Of a DNA stretch of 64,000 nt, positions 1 to 10,700 are shown one piece after another (position 1 is the first letter of the stretch; every line of letters begins with the position of its first letter). The notes under the pieces were generated by a model. That model did not search any database. It worked only from the letters and a program-made list of their open reading frames with translations, and had not been told where the DNA came from. The DNA comes from a bacterium (lineage in GTDB: Bacteria; Planctomycetota; Phycisphaerae; Phycisphaerales; SM1A02). The position numbers were made by a program, and so were the translations under genes. The stretch lies in contig JAPOKA010000007.1 in assembly GCA_029977865.1 (NCBI GenBank), forward strand, positions 5 to 64,004, given 5' to 3'.

Positions 1-1421
1 AGGAACTGATCGCTCGCAAGTGCCGCCGGGCTGCGGGGGTCGCAGCCAAATCCGAGTTCCGGAAGGGCTTCGCCGTCGGGGCCGCGGCGTTCGCCGGGCT
101 GGATTCGCATCGGACGGTAGTAGAGGTCGCGATCGAGCCGCACCGCGCGCATCGACAGCGGCGATCCCTCGAAGCGCCAGCGCAACTGCGGAGGGGCGGG
201 AATCGCCGAGATCGGATCCCGCTGGTACTGCTCGAGGGTGCGGCCGAACAAGGCGGACTCAAGCCGTTCGAGCGGGCCCCAGTCGTACTCGAGGCGAGCG
301 ACCTCATCGTCGTCGACGAAGATCTGGAGCGTCTGATCGACGTGCCAGAACTCGAGATCGAAGGCCCGGCGGCTCGGGAACTCGAAGGTGGTCTCGGCGC
401 TGAGCACCGGCGGCGAATCCGAATCGCTCTCGGCATGACGGATGGTGATCCGCGCCTGGCCTTGGCCGTTGACATCAAAGGTGAAGCGATGGCTGCGAGC
501 GACGAGATCGAGGCCGGTCGAGAACGACGCGACATCCTCGGGCTCGATGGTTGCGGCGACTCGCAGATCGCTGACCGGATAGAACGGCTGGACCGGCCGG
601 AACATGTTGTAGGGAACGCGATCGTCGATCGGCAGGGCCTGCCAGTTCCACTCGAGTGCCGTCGCCGAGGCGCGGTCGCAGCGCCAGGTGCGATCCTCGC
701 GCACTTCCCAGCCGCCGCCCTGCCAAGGGGGACCGGGATAGGCTGCCTTCCATTCCTGTTCCAGTCGCGCGAGGTCGATCGGCACGTAGTCGCTGTCGTA
801 GATCGGCTGCCAGACCGCCCGTTGGATGTACTCGGGTTTGCGCTGGATCTCGAGCGAGGCCGGTTCGGCACCGAGCGGCCCGGTGAAGACATCGCCGTCG
901 GCGAGCAGCAGCGACTCCTCTGGAAGCCCGACGAGCCGCTTGATGTAGTTCTGGGTGTCGCCCACCGGGTCGGTGGGATTCTTGAAGACGACCACGTCCC
1001 AACGGCTCGGCTCGGAGAAGGGATAGAGGAACTTGAGCACGAGCACTCGATCGCCCATGCGGGTGTCGGGCAGCAGCTCGGCGGTGTTGCGACTCGCCAC
1101 CGCGCCGGTGGTTCCCAGCATGGGGTCGTAGATCCGCCAGAGCCTTGGCGGCGCGACGCCGGCGGCTGCCGCTCGAGCCGAGTCGATCACTGGTCCTGCA
1201 TCGATCGGGAACTCGTATGCGGTCTGCGGTGAACGGAACCGAAGGTGCTGGCCCATCAAGGTCGGCGCCATCGATCCGGTAGGGATCACGAAGCCCTCCA
1301 CGCAGAAGCCGCGGAAGGTCATGGCGAGCACGAAGGCCACCACCAGCGATTGCAAGGTCTCGGGCACCGAAGTGCCGTCGTGGTGCCGATGGTTCTTCGA
1401 CGCAGGCGGGGTCGCGTTCAT
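1..1421 (-). CDS. lepB: Signal peptidase I (S26), planctomycete-type long form; 3' end lies outside the window
   Basis: Not in the ORF track because it has no stop inside the window. My minus-strand translation from ATG 1421 gives MNATPPASKNHRHH..ETLQSLVVAFVLAMTFRGFCVEGFVIPTGSMAPTL (TM anchor and catalytic Ser box), GDRVLVLKF, RWDVVVFKNP and YIKRLVGLPEE (Lys box). The frame stays open and GC3-rich to position 1. Confidence 0.85.
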   Translation of the reverse strand, partial: MNATPPASKNHRHHDGTSVPETLQSLVVAFVLAMTFRGFCVEGFVIPTGSMAPTLMGQHLRFRSPQTAYEFPIDAGPVIDSARAAAAGVAPPRLWRIYDPMLGTTGAVASRNTAELLPDTRMGDRVLVLKFLYPFSEPSRWDVVVFKNPTDPVGDTQNYIKRLVGLPEESLLLADGDVFTGPLGAEPASLEIQRKPEYIQRAVWQPIYDSDYVPIDLARLEQEWKAAYPGPPWQGGGWEVREDRTWRCDRASATALEWNWQALPIDDRVPYNMFRPVQPFYPVSDLRVAATIEPEDVASFSTGLDLVARSHRFTFDVNGQGQARITIRHAESDSDSPPVLSAETTFEFPSRRAFDLEFWHVDQTLQIFVDDDEVARLEYDWGPLERLESALFGRTLEQYQRDPISAIPAPPQLRWRFEGSPLSMRAVRLDRDLYYRPMRIQPGERRGPDGEALPELGFGCDPRSPAALASDQF

Positions 1422-1589
1422 GGAAGGGTTGATCGTATTGGTGGCGGTCTGGACATCAGGATCGATGCGACTGCGCTCCGCCGTCCATCGCGGACTCCGC
1501 AGTCGTTCGATTCACCATTCTGTGAAGGTCTTCGACGCGGAAGCACCGCAGGTCGGTCCCGGCCCCAGACTCCGATGGCTCCCTCGCCG

Positions 1590-2687
1590 TCACTTGGTGT
1601 AGTACTTGCTCAGGAGCGCGACCACCTTGGGCTGCTCCTGGTTGAGCCGAAGCGAGTTCCGGAAGGCATCGCGAGCCTCGACCATGGCATCGAGGTCCTT
1701 GCGTTCGCTGGCGAGCCAGGCGTTCAGGGCGTTCACGCCGATGCCGTTCCAACTCGGCCAGTGGTCGGGCTCGAGCCGCACCGCCGCTCGGTACGCCGCC
1801 TTGCTGCGACCGAAGTCGCCCATTCGGAAGTACGCGAAGCCCATGCGCTCGTAGGCGTTGGCGGTGACCTCGAGCCGCAGCAGGATCTCGGCGGCGTTCA
1901 CCGCCTCCTGGAAGCGCTTTTCGGTGATGTAGGCGTTGATGAGGTTGAGGAGCAGGGGTCCCGAGGGCTCCATCAACTCCATCGCGACCTCGTACTGGAC
2001 GATGGCGTCGCGGTGCCGCCCCACCCGCTCGTAGGCGGCGCCGAGATTGGTCCGAGCCCCGCCGTTGTCGGGATCGAGTTCCACCGCCTTCTCGGCGAAG
2101 GGGACCGCAAGCGTGGGTTCCTCGAGTTGCAGGTACGCGGTTGCGATGTTGATGTTGCTGTCGATGTCGTAGGGCCGAATGGTCAGGGCCCGCTGATAGG
2201 CCCGGACCGCCTCGGCGAATCGGGTCAGCAACTGCAAGACCCGACCGTGTCCGAACTGAGCATCGAAGTTCGAGGGTTCGAGCCGCACCGCGCGGGCGTA
2301 GGCAGGCTCGGCCTCCCGGTAGTTGCCTTGGGCGAGGTGGATGTCGCCGATGCCCACGAAGGCCACGGTGAGGGTCGGATTCTCTGCGAGCAGCGACTGG
2401 AAGAGCCTCAAGGCCTCCTCGTAGTCGCCCGTCTCCGCCAACACCCGAGCGCTCTCGACTCGATCCTGCTGGGTCGGCGATGGCGTCGGAGCGGCGACCG
2501 GTGCGATCGGTTCCACCGGCTGCGCCGGCGCGACCACCGTGCGGGTGGCTCGCGGCTTGAAGAGATCGCAACCGCCAAAGCCCAACACCAGCGCCGCGAG
2601 GGCAAGGCGTCCCGCAATGCTCGCGCGTCGCCGCAGACCCCCCCGGCGTTCGAACTCTCTTGGAAGGTTGCGGCGTGTGGGGCTCAT
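1590..2687 (-). CDS. TPR-repeat lipoprotein
   Basis: Track ORF 1590..3122 trimmed to internal ATG 2687: MSPTRRNL..LALAALVLGFGGCDL (lipobox-like). Multiple TPR units follow (GDYEEALRLFQSLL, GNYREAEPAYARAV, FAEAVRAYQRAL). The ATG overlaps the nfo stop as ATGA at 2684-2687. Confidence 0.8.
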   Translation of the reverse strand: MSPTRRNLPREFERRGGLRRRASIAGRLALAALVLGFGGCDLFKPRATRTVVAPAQPVEPIAPVAAPTPSPTQQDRVESARVLAETGDYEEALRLFQSLLAENPTLTVAFVGIGDIHLAQGNYREAEPAYARAVRLEPSNFDAQFGHGRVLQLLTRFAEAVRAYQRALTIRPYDIDSNINIATAYLQLEEPTLAVPFAEKAVELDPDNGGARTNLGAAYERVGRHRDAIVQYEVAMELMEPSGPLLLNLINAYITEKRFQEAVNAAEILLRLEVTANAYERMGFAYFRMGDFGRSKAAYRAAVRLEPDHWPSWNGIGVNALNAWLASERKDLDAMVEARDAFRNSLRLNQEQPKVVALLSKYYTK

Positions 2688-3733
2688 GAACGCGACGATC
2701 TCGGGGTCCGCTTTCCGGTCGCCGCGGTCCGCCCGCGGCTGCCGGCTGCGGCGCCGCTCGCGGCACCGCCACCACTTCGTCGAGTTCTCCGAACCGACGA
2801 GGGGACGCCCGAGGCCCGCGGCGCGCGGCACAACCCGCGAAGCCGCCGAAGGTTGACGACGTCCCAAGGCTCTTGATCGGCATCGCCTTCCTTGGGCGTC
2901 TCCAGAATCTTGGGAATCGACGCGAAGCGAGCCTCGCGGCATATCGCCCGGAAGCAGGCCATCCCACAGGTTCCGAGTCCGATGTGGGCATGGCGGTCGA
3001 GCCTCGATCCGACGGCCCCCTGCGAGTCGTTGAGATGGAATGCAAGGAGGTGCTCGAGGCCGCAGACCTCGTCGAAGTGTTTCAGGACCTTCGCCGCCTT
3101 GGCCGGGCTGCTCATGTCCCATCCGGCGGCGGTGACGTGACAGGTGTCGAAGCAGAAGCCGACCCGATCCGGTTCGGCGACCGCCTCGCGGATCGAGGCA
3201 AGGTGGCGGAAGTCGAAGCCGAGATTGGTGCCGCTGCCGACGGTCGTCTCGAGCAGCGTCTTCACCCGGTACCCGGGCAGGTCGCGATGAACCCGGTCAA
3301 GCGCCGCCGCGATCCGCGCGAGTCCCGCACGCTCGTCAGGGCTCTGCGGACGATCGAAGTCGTGCGGTCCCTTGGCCGGCGGCGTGCCGAGATGAGCGCC
3401 GGGGTGGATGACGCAGCGCTCGATCCCAAGTGCTTCGCAACGCTCGAGTTCCGCCCGATGTGCCATGATCGATCGGCCGCGGTTGCCGGCCTCCGGCGAT
3501 GCGAGATTCACCAGATAGCTGTTGTGGCTGACGACCCGCGGCGGACCGGGACGATCCCAGCTCAGCGCCGCGAGCCCCGCCTTCCACCGCGCCACCTCGT
3601 CGGGAGCGATCGGCGGGTTCCGCCATTGCCGCTGGTTGCGGGTGAAGATCTGGACGCAGTCGCAGCGGAGTTCACCCGCCGCCTCGAGCGCTCGCTCGAG
3701 TCCACCGGCGATCGACAGATGGCTTCCGAACAT
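2684..3733 (-). CDS. nfo: Endonuclease IV (deoxyribonuclease IV) with a basic low-complexity tail of about 48 aa
   Basis: MFGSHLSIAGG, CVQIFTRNQRQW, CVIHPGAH, LLETTVGSGTNLG, CFDTCH, HLNDS and ILETPK are typical AP endonuclease 2/Nfo metal-site motifs. Confidence 0.9.
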   Translation of the reverse strand: MFGSHLSIAGGLERALEAAGELRCDCVQIFTRNQRQWRNPPIAPDEVARWKAGLAALSWDRPGPPRVVSHNSYLVNLASPEAGNRGRSIMAHRAELERCEALGIERCVIHPGAHLGTPPAKGPHDFDRPQSPDERAGLARIAAALDRVHRDLPGYRVKTLLETTVGSGTNLGFDFRHLASIREAVAEPDRVGFCFDTCHVTAAGWDMSSPAKAAKVLKHFDEVCGLEHLLAFHLNDSQGAVGSRLDRHAHIGLGTCGMACFRAICREARFASIPKILETPKEGDADQEPWDVVNLRRLRGLCRAPRASGVPSSVRRTRRSGGGAASGAAAGSRGRTAATGKRTPRSSRS

Positions 3734-3778
3734 CTCGGGAAGATATCGGACGTTTGGCGACCGCAGAACCCAGGACGA

Positions 3779-4159
3779 TCACACTCGATCGGCGAGCCGA
3801 TCGATCTCTTCCGCGATCACATCCCGCTCGGGTCCTTCCTCGATTCGCTCGTCGAGCAGGCGGCGAGCCCGTCGTGCGACGATCGAGGGACTCTCGATCG
3901 CGCAGGGGTTCGCGCTGGACAGGACGTCCTGCCGAGCGATGCGAAGCACTTCGATCGCGACCTCGCTCGCACGGCGATGCTCAACGCCTGCTGACGCGGG
4001 TCGCCGCTCGGGCGGATCGATCCAAGTCGCCTCGATCGGGAGCATGCTGCCATGCATCGCAGGTCCCTGCTCTCCGCGATCGCGATTCGAATCCGCTTGC
4101 CACGCCATGCTCGGAGGGAGATCGGCGAAGTCCGCGTCGATGGATGAACCGCGCGGCAT
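3779..4159 (-). CDS. Hypothetical protein (126 aa)
   Basis: GC3-rich ORF. Its ATG overlaps the upstream M28 peptidase stop by 1 nt (TGATG at 4157-4161). I recognise no family. Confidence 0.5.
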   Translation of the reverse strand: MPRGSSIDADFADLPPSMAWQADSNRDRGEQGPAMHGSMLPIEATWIDPPERRPASAGVEHRRASEVAIEVLRIARQDVLSSANPCAIESPSIVARRARRLLDERIEEGPERDVIAEEIDRLADRV

Positions 4160-5367
4160 CAGGGTGTCGACCTCGGCAGGGATTCCGTGGCCTGCTCGAG
4201 GGCGACGGGAGTCGCCTCGGCTGCGGCATGCTCAGCAAGCAGCAACGATGCCAGCGCCACCAGCCGCGCCGTCCTCGCGGCGAGCCCAGGCAGGATTCGA
4301 TCGGCGTGGTCGGTGACCTGGTGGTAGTCCTCGTGGTCTTCGACCGAGAAGAGCACCGCGGGCACGCCCTTGGCAAGGAAGGGCCCCTGATCGCTGCGAT
4401 CGAGCCAGTCGGGGTGGGTGTCGAAGCGGATCTCCATCGCCACCGCTTCGTTGGCGGCGCGGAGCACCTTCCGAAGGGGTTCGGAGAAGTCGCGACCATC
4501 GCAGTAGATGAGGTTCTCTTCGCCGCGACTGATCATGTCGAGGTTGAAGACGCCGAGGATCGAGTCGAGCGGAAGCGGCGGCTCGGCGACGAACCGCTTG
4601 GCCCCCTTGAGGCCGGCCTCCTCGCCGGTGAAGGCGACGAACATCATCCGGCAGGCTGGCCGCTCGGGCAGGGCGGCGACCGCCCGCGCGATGGCGATGA
4701 TGCCGCAGGTTCCAGAGGCGTTGTCGTCGGCGCCGTTGTAGATCCGGTCCTCGCCGCGGCGCTTGGGCGGAAGATGGTCGTAGTGGGCCGAGATCACGAT
4801 GGTGCGATCGGCGACGGGTGAGCCTTCGCGGGCCGGAAGCACTGCGATCACATTGGGTGCGGCTTCAGGATCGGCGAGCGGCATGAACCACGGCGACGGC
4901 TCCGCCGCGGCCGCGGGCGTGTCGGCTTCACCGTCGCCGCTTGTCGCAGGCCCATCAGTGATGTGTCCTGCATCGACCGAGGTTTCCGTGGCCGGCGTCG
5001 ATCTCGCCTCGACGCCGCGGAGTTCGGGGTTTCCCGGTGCCAGTCCGGCGGTCTCGAACTGGACTCGAATCCACTCCGCGGCCTTGAACGCGAACGGGCT
5101 GCGGAAGAAGCGGCCGTAGAACTCGTCTGAAGCGAGGAAGGTGACGTCGGTGAGGATCCCGCTCGGAGTGATCGAGGTGACGACCCGTTCGACCGTCGCC
5201 GGCGCCAGCGCGGTCTCGCCGAGCGCGACCTTCGCCTTTCCCTCCTCTTCGATCGAGGCCAACGCGGCAGACCCACACACGCAGAGCACCACCGTCACGC
5301 ACCGAAGCAATCGCGGGAGAACGGAGATCGGGCGGTCGAGTTCGGTTCGCATGGGGTCGCGGATCAT
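4159..5367 (-). CDS. M28-family aminopeptidase, secreted or lipoprotein
   Basis: Track ORF 4159..6045 trimmed to ATG 5367 (MIRDPMRTELDRP..VVLCVCGSAALA signal). Motifs: SAHYDH, NGADDNASG, FTGEEAGLKGA, NLDM. The longer ORF would overlap the opposite-strand gene at 5494. Confidence 0.85.
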   Translation of the reverse strand: MIRDPMRTELDRPISVLPRLLRCVTVVLCVCGSAALASIEEEGKAKVALGETALAPATVERVVTSITPSGILTDVTFLASDEFYGRFFRSPFAFKAAEWIRVQFETAGLAPGNPELRGVEARSTPATETSVDAGHITDGPATSGDGEADTPAAAAEPSPWFMPLADPEAAPNVIAVLPAREGSPVADRTIVISAHYDHLPPKRRGEDRIYNGADDNASGTCGIIAIARAVAALPERPACRMMFVAFTGEEAGLKGAKRFVAEPPLPLDSILGVFNLDMISRGEENLIYCDGRDFSEPLRKVLRAANEAVAMEIRFDTHPDWLDRSDQGPFLAKGVPAVLFSVEDHEDYHQVTDHADRILPGLAARTARLVALASLLLAEHAAAEATPVALEQATESLPRSTP

Positions 5368-5493
5368 CGCCGATTCGGGCTGCGATGGAAGCGCCGAGTG
5401 AAATCTACGAGGGTTGAGCAGCGCAAGTTCCTGCCACCGAAGCGGTCCAACCGAGATTGGGATGCCACCCGAGGCACGCGGTAGAGTCCGCGG

Positions 5494-6090
5494 ATGGCGA
5501 GCGAACATCCCAATCCGCCCGAACTCTGGCTCCTCCGCCACGCCGCCACCGACTGGAGCGAGAACGGCCGGCACACCGGCAGCCGCACCAACCTGCCGCT
5601 CAACGCCGCCGGCCGCGCCGCGGCGATGCCGCTTCGGCAGGCGCTTGAAGACGTCTCCTTCGCCGCGGTGCTCTCGAGCCCGCTCGATCGATGCGTGGAG
5701 ACCTGTCGGCTCGCCGGGCGCGGCGACACCATGAAGACAGACCCCGATCTCGTCGAGTGGGACTACGGCGACTTCGAAGGGCTGACGACGCCGCAGATCC
5801 GCGAGCGCTATCCCGCGTGGACGATCTGGTCCGGGCCGTGGCCGGGCGGCGAGACGGCAGACCAGGTCGGCGCTCGGGCGAAGCGCGTGATCGAGAAGCT
5901 GCGCGGCATTCCCGGCCGCGTCGCGATCTTCAGCCACGGCCACTTCTCGCGCGTGCTCGCGGCGACGTGGCTCGGCTTCGGTGCCTCGGAAGGCAAGGCC
6001 TTCGCCCTCGACACCGGCACCTACTCGGTGCTCGGCTGGGAGCACGAGTACCCGACGCTTCGCAAGTGGAACGAGATGCCGGGCGAGTGA
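5494..6090 (+). CDS. Histidine phosphatase family protein (phosphoglycerate-mutase-like)
   Basis: LWLLRHAATDWS (RHG-type motif), LSSPLDRCVET and IFSHGHFSR. Confidence 0.85.
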   Translation: MASEHPNPPELWLLRHAATDWSENGRHTGSRTNLPLNAAGRAAAMPLRQALEDVSFAAVLSSPLDRCVETCRLAGRGDTMKTDPDLVEWDYGDFEGLTTPQIRERYPAWTIWSGPWPGGETADQVGARAKRVIEKLRGIPGRVAIFSHGHFSRVLAATWLGFGASEGKAFALDTGTYSVLGWEHEYPTLRKWNEMPGE

Positions 6091-6231
6091 CGCCGTTCGC
6101 CGAATCGTTCGCTTGCGAACACCGCGGCTCGCGAGCGCGGGTGAAGTCTGCGAGAAGCCCGCGGCGCTGTTCGTGCCGAACCGACCCTCGGCTGGATTTC
6201 AGTCTCGGCGCTCGTAGCAGCGCCCGGGTCC

Positions 6232-7539
6232 TTACGCCTCCGGCCGCTCGGCGAGCAGGGCGTCGATCATCTCGGTCTTCTTCTCGAACTCCATCGCCGG
6301 ATGCAGGCCGTTGTGCCGCAGGACGCCGTTGGCGTCGATGATCGCAAGGTGCGGGATGCCGCTGACGTCGTAGTCGGGGTTGAAGACCTCGGTCGTCGAG
6401 AACGCAACCGGCCAGGTCATGTCCATCGCGGTGATGTAGCCGACCATGAGCTCGCGCTCCTTGGCTGGATCGCCCTCGCAGTCGATCGGCTGCTCACCGC
6501 GGGGATAGTGGCGTCCCTGCAGGCTGGTGACCCCGATGATCGCCACGTCGTCCGACGAATAGTGCTCGCGGAGCTCGCGGACATTGGGGAAGCTCGCCAC
6601 GCACGGGCCGCACCAGGTCGCCCAGAAGTCGAGCACCACGACCTTGCCGCGCAGGTCCTCGAGCGAGGCGATCGCGACCGGCCCCTTCGCGTCGTGCATC
6701 CAATCGAAGGCGATCGCCGGCGCGGGCTGATCGACGATCGGCCCCTGCATCGGGCGGCTCTCCAGTCGAGCGATGGTCCTGGCGATGCGTTCGACCTGCT
6801 GGTCGCCGCCATCGTCCTTGGCCGCGGCGAGGGCGGCGTTGGCCTTGGCAAGCAGCGCCATGCGCAGCGCTTCGCGGGGCTCGTCGTCGATGGCGCCGAG
6901 ATCGACCAGCATCTTCATGTAGTTGGAGGCGCCGGTCATGCCATCGGGCGTGGGCTTGAACTTCCAACCCAGGAGATAGAGGCGATCCGCGTGGGGCAGC
7001 AGCAGTTCGCGCTGGGCGTACATCAGCCGACGGCCGAGCGCGAAGGGACCGTTCTGCTCGACGAAGGCCGCAAGACCAGGGTGGGCGAGCACCGTCCCCA
7101 TGTCGATGCCCTCGATCGAGAAGTCCATCGCGGCAAGGCCAGCCTCGAAACCGCTCGCATCCGGAGACTGGAATCCCGCGAGGAACCGCTCCTTGGCCGC
7201 CTCCTGCATGGCGGGGGTCATCATCTGCCACAGCGTCTGCATCTGGTCGATGCTCGCGGTCGCGAGATCGATGGTGAACTCCTCCCAAAGCGCCTCGCGA
7301 ATCGGGGCGAACCGCTCCTCAAGGAGCGGCATGTCCTCGGAACTGAAGTTGCCGCCGCGCTCCTTGAGCAGCGCCTCGTACGCGGCGCGGGCGTTGGTGA
7401 ACCAAGTCTGCTCGATTGCTTCGACCATCGCGGGATCGATGCCCGATGGTGCCGCATCCTGCGCTTGGGAGACCGCAGAAGACAGCGCGATGGCGGCGAC
7501 GGCGGCAAGCAGCACGGATCGACGTGGGTGGCTGGGCAT
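6232..7539 (-). CDS. TlpA-like thiol:disulfide oxidoreductase with an N-terminal domain of about 290 aa of unknown function
   Basis: ATG 7539 is preceded by aggaagg (the track used TTG 7560). Signal peptide MPSHPRRSVLLAAVAAIALSSAVSQA. C-terminal thioredoxin fold VVVLDFWATWCGPC. Confidence 0.85.
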   Translation of the reverse strand: MPSHPRRSVLLAAVAAIALSSAVSQAQDAAPSGIDPAMVEAIEQTWFTNARAAYEALLKERGGNFSSEDMPLLEERFAPIREALWEEFTIDLATASIDQMQTLWQMMTPAMQEAAKERFLAGFQSPDASGFEAGLAAMDFSIEGIDMGTVLAHPGLAAFVEQNGPFALGRRLMYAQRELLLPHADRLYLLGWKFKPTPDGMTGASNYMKMLVDLGAIDDEPREALRMALLAKANAALAAAKDDGGDQQVERIARTIARLESRPMQGPIVDQPAPAIAFDWMHDAKGPVAIASLEDLRGKVVVLDFWATWCGPCVASFPNVRELREHYSSDDVAIIGVTSLQGRHYPRGEQPIDCEGDPAKERELMVGYITAMDMTWPVAFSTTEVFNPDYDVSGIPHLAIIDANGVLRHNGLHPAMEFEKKTEMIDALLAERPEA

Positions 7540-7761
7540 GGCGAGATCCTTCCTTCTCAAATGGCGCGGGACGGCCCGAAGTGACCGCCCCGCTCGAGGC
7601 GGAAGGTACCGCCGAGCACGCCGGCCGGTGCAGGGGAAAGGCGTACTCCGACCGCTCCGACGACCGATGCGGCTCGATGGGGGTTGGGCGGATCGACGGT
7701 GCCGGGGGCAGGTCGCGATTGCCGCTGGAGCCGCGGCGAACCGGAACTACTCTTGGAGGTC

Positions 7762-10700
7762 ATGACCGCCACCCGCCTCGTCGCCGCCCTCGGACTCGCT
7801 GCCGCCCTTGCGGCGATCTTGCCGATGCCGGCACCGCCCGCGGTGCACGCCGCCCCGCCGACCGAGCCGGGCCCGCCCGGCTCGCCCGACCTCGGTGCCG
7901 CCGAGGCGATCTTTGCGGCCGAGGTCCTCCCGGTGCTCGAAGCCCGATGCGTCGAGTGCCACGGGTCCGACCGCGCCAAGGCCGGCCTTCGACTCCACGA
8001 ACTCCGCGGGATTCTCGAATTGCCTTCCCTCGACCGAGTCGTCGTGGGCGGCGATCTCGAGGCGAGCGAACTCTGGCACCGGGTCAACCTTCCCGACGGC
8101 GATGACGATGCGATGCCGCCGGAGGGTGCCCGACTGAACGCCTCGGAACTCGACGCGATCCGCCGGTGGATCCTGGCCCTGCCCGAGGATGGAACTCCCG
8201 TCGTCGAGGTCGAGTCGCTCGACGCGTCGGAACTCCATCAGGCGCGAGTCGAGGAGGCCCTTCGCGAGCGCTGGGCCTTCCGGCCGCTGGTGAAGCCGAC
8301 CCCGCCGCGGGTGGTGCATCCGGAGTGGTGCCGAAACGAGGTCGACTACTTCATCCTCGCCGGGCTCGAAGAGATCGGCGTCGACCCTGCTCCCGAGGCC
8401 GATCCGTTCACGCTCCTTCGCCGCGCGAGCCTCGACCTCACCGGCCTGCCGCCGTCTGCAGCCCAGATCGAGGCGTTCACGAGTTCCTGGCAGGCAGATC
8501 CCGACCAAGCCTGGAGCGATCTGCTCGATCGACTGCTCGCAAGCCCCCACTACGGCGAGCGGTGGGGTCGCCACTGGCTCGACCTGGTGCGCTACGCAGA
8601 GACCAACGGCTTCGAACGCGACAGCGTCAAGAACGGGGCCTGGAAGTACCGCGACTGGGTCGTCGACGCCTTCAACGAGGACATGCCCTACGACCGCTTC
8701 GTGCTCGAGCAGCTTGCGGGCGACGAACTCGAAGACCGCGACTTCGACAGCCTCGTCGCGACGGGGATCTACCGACTGGGCATGTGGGACGACGAGGTGC
8801 CGGATCTCGCCCAGGCCCTCGCGGACGATCTCGACGGCATCGTCGACGTGGTCGGCCGCACCTTCCTTGCGCTGCCGATGGGATGCGTCCGCTGCCACGA
8901 CCACAAGGGCGATCCGATCGGCCACGACGAGTACTACGAGTTCGCGGCCTACTTCGCGGGCGTCAAGCCCTACAAGACGAGTCCCTTCAACTCGATCGCC
9001 GCCGAGAACGTGATGCGGATGGTGCGCAGCGACTTCGGCCACGCGGATCCCGAGGTCGAGCGGCGGAACCATCGTCTCGAGCGCGAGCGGCTGATCGCGG
9101 AGGTCCGCCGCGCCGAGGCCGACGCCGGACTCGCCGCCGATGCGACCTCGTTCCTCGACCGCGCTCCCGACGCCGGCTGCGTGGCGCACCTGGCCTTCGA
9201 GGACGAACGCTCCGGCGAAGCGAAGGACGCACGCGGAGGCGCCAGCGCCTCGGTGCGCGACGCAGGATTCGCCGCGGAGGGGCGAATCGGCCGCGGCTTC
9301 GACTTCGACGGCGGTGACGATCGGGTCGAGATCGCCCGTCCGGTCGCGGAGGACTTCACGATCTCCTTCTGGATGCGCACGACCGATGTCGGCGGCGGCA
9401 GCGAGAGCGATCGCCGCTGGTTCCTCGGCAAGGGGCTCGTCGACGGCGAGATTCCCGGCATCGTGCCCGACTTCGGGGTGAGCCTCGTCTCCAACGGCTA
9501 CATCGCCGCAGGCACCGGCGAGCCCGAGACCTTCCTGAGTTCCGGCCCCGGCCACAACGACGGCTTCTGGCACCACATCGCATTCACCCGCGAGATGGCC
9601 TCGGGCGAGATCGCCCTCTTCGTCGACGGCGTGAAGGTCGATCGCGCCCGCGGCTCGACCAGGCCGCTCGATCGACCCGAACGGCTCGCGATCGGCGCGA
9701 TGCAACCCGGCCACGGTGCGTTTGCGGGCACCCTCGACGAGATCCGCTTCTACGACCGGGTGCTTCGCGACGAGGAGATCCGCAGCGCGGCGTTCGGAAC
9801 CCTTGCCCGCGACGATTTGACGGAGTCGATCGCGGCCCGGCTCGGCGCCGAGCGATCCGAGGAGTTCTCCGCGGCGCAGGAGGCGCTGCGAGCGCTCTCA
9901 CCGCCGGACTGGAAGGGCGAATCGGTTCTGGTGGTGCGCGACGATCGCTCGCCGCGCGAGACCTTCGTCCTCCTGCGCGGCAATCCGCACAGCCCCGGCG
10001 CCAAGGTCGAGCCGGATGTGCCGGACCTTGCCGGCGGATTCCGGCCCGGCCCCATCGAACCTCCCGCGCACGGCGAGAGCAGTGGCCGCCGGCTTGCGCT
10101 CGCGAGGTGGATCGCCGACCCGCGCAACGGCCTCGCCCTGCGAGCGATCGCGAATCGCCTCTGGCAGCACCACTTCACGGCGCCGATCGTTCCCTCCTCG
10201 AACGACTTCGGGAAGTTCGGCGAGAACCCCACGCATCCCGCGCTGCTCGACTGGCTCGCCGCGAGTTTCGCAGAGCGCGGCTGGTCGATGAAGGACTTCC
10301 ATCGCCTGCTCATGCAGAGCGCCGCCTACCGCATGTCGAGCGTTCCGAGCGACCGGGCGTCGATCCTCGATGCCGGCAACGAGCACCTCTCGCGGCAGCG
10401 GATCCGCCGCCTCAGCGCAGAGGAGCTGCGCGACGGGATGCTTGCCGCCAACGGCACCATCGATCTTCGGGTGGGCGGCCCGCCGATTCGCCCGCCGATG
10501 CCCGAGGCGGTGCTCGCGACGAGTTCGCGTCCCGACGAGGTCTGGCCGTTAACGCCGGAGGAGACCTGGTCGAGGCGCAGCCTCTACATCCATCAGAAGC
10601 GATCGCTGCAGCATCCGCTGATGCTCATCTTCGACTCGGCCGACATCGATTCCCCGTGCCCGGTGCGCTTCTCGACGGTGCAGCCGACCCAGGCGCTCTC

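Noticed and set aside
342-1232. 296-aa plus-strand ORF at the left edge (with 20..403 and 475..1002).
   Set aside because: It is antisense to the clear lepB frame. The composition is typical of shadow ORFs (Asp/Glu/Arg/Gly-rich, no motifs), and lepB explains the whole region.
6091-6231. Palindromic segments (gttcgc/gcgaac; ccgcggctcg/cgagcgcgg; ggcgct/agcgcc) between convergent genes as terminators.
   Set aside because: The stems are short or have 2-nt loops or bulges, and none is followed by a T-tract. They cannot be told apart from chance palindromes in G+C-rich DNA.
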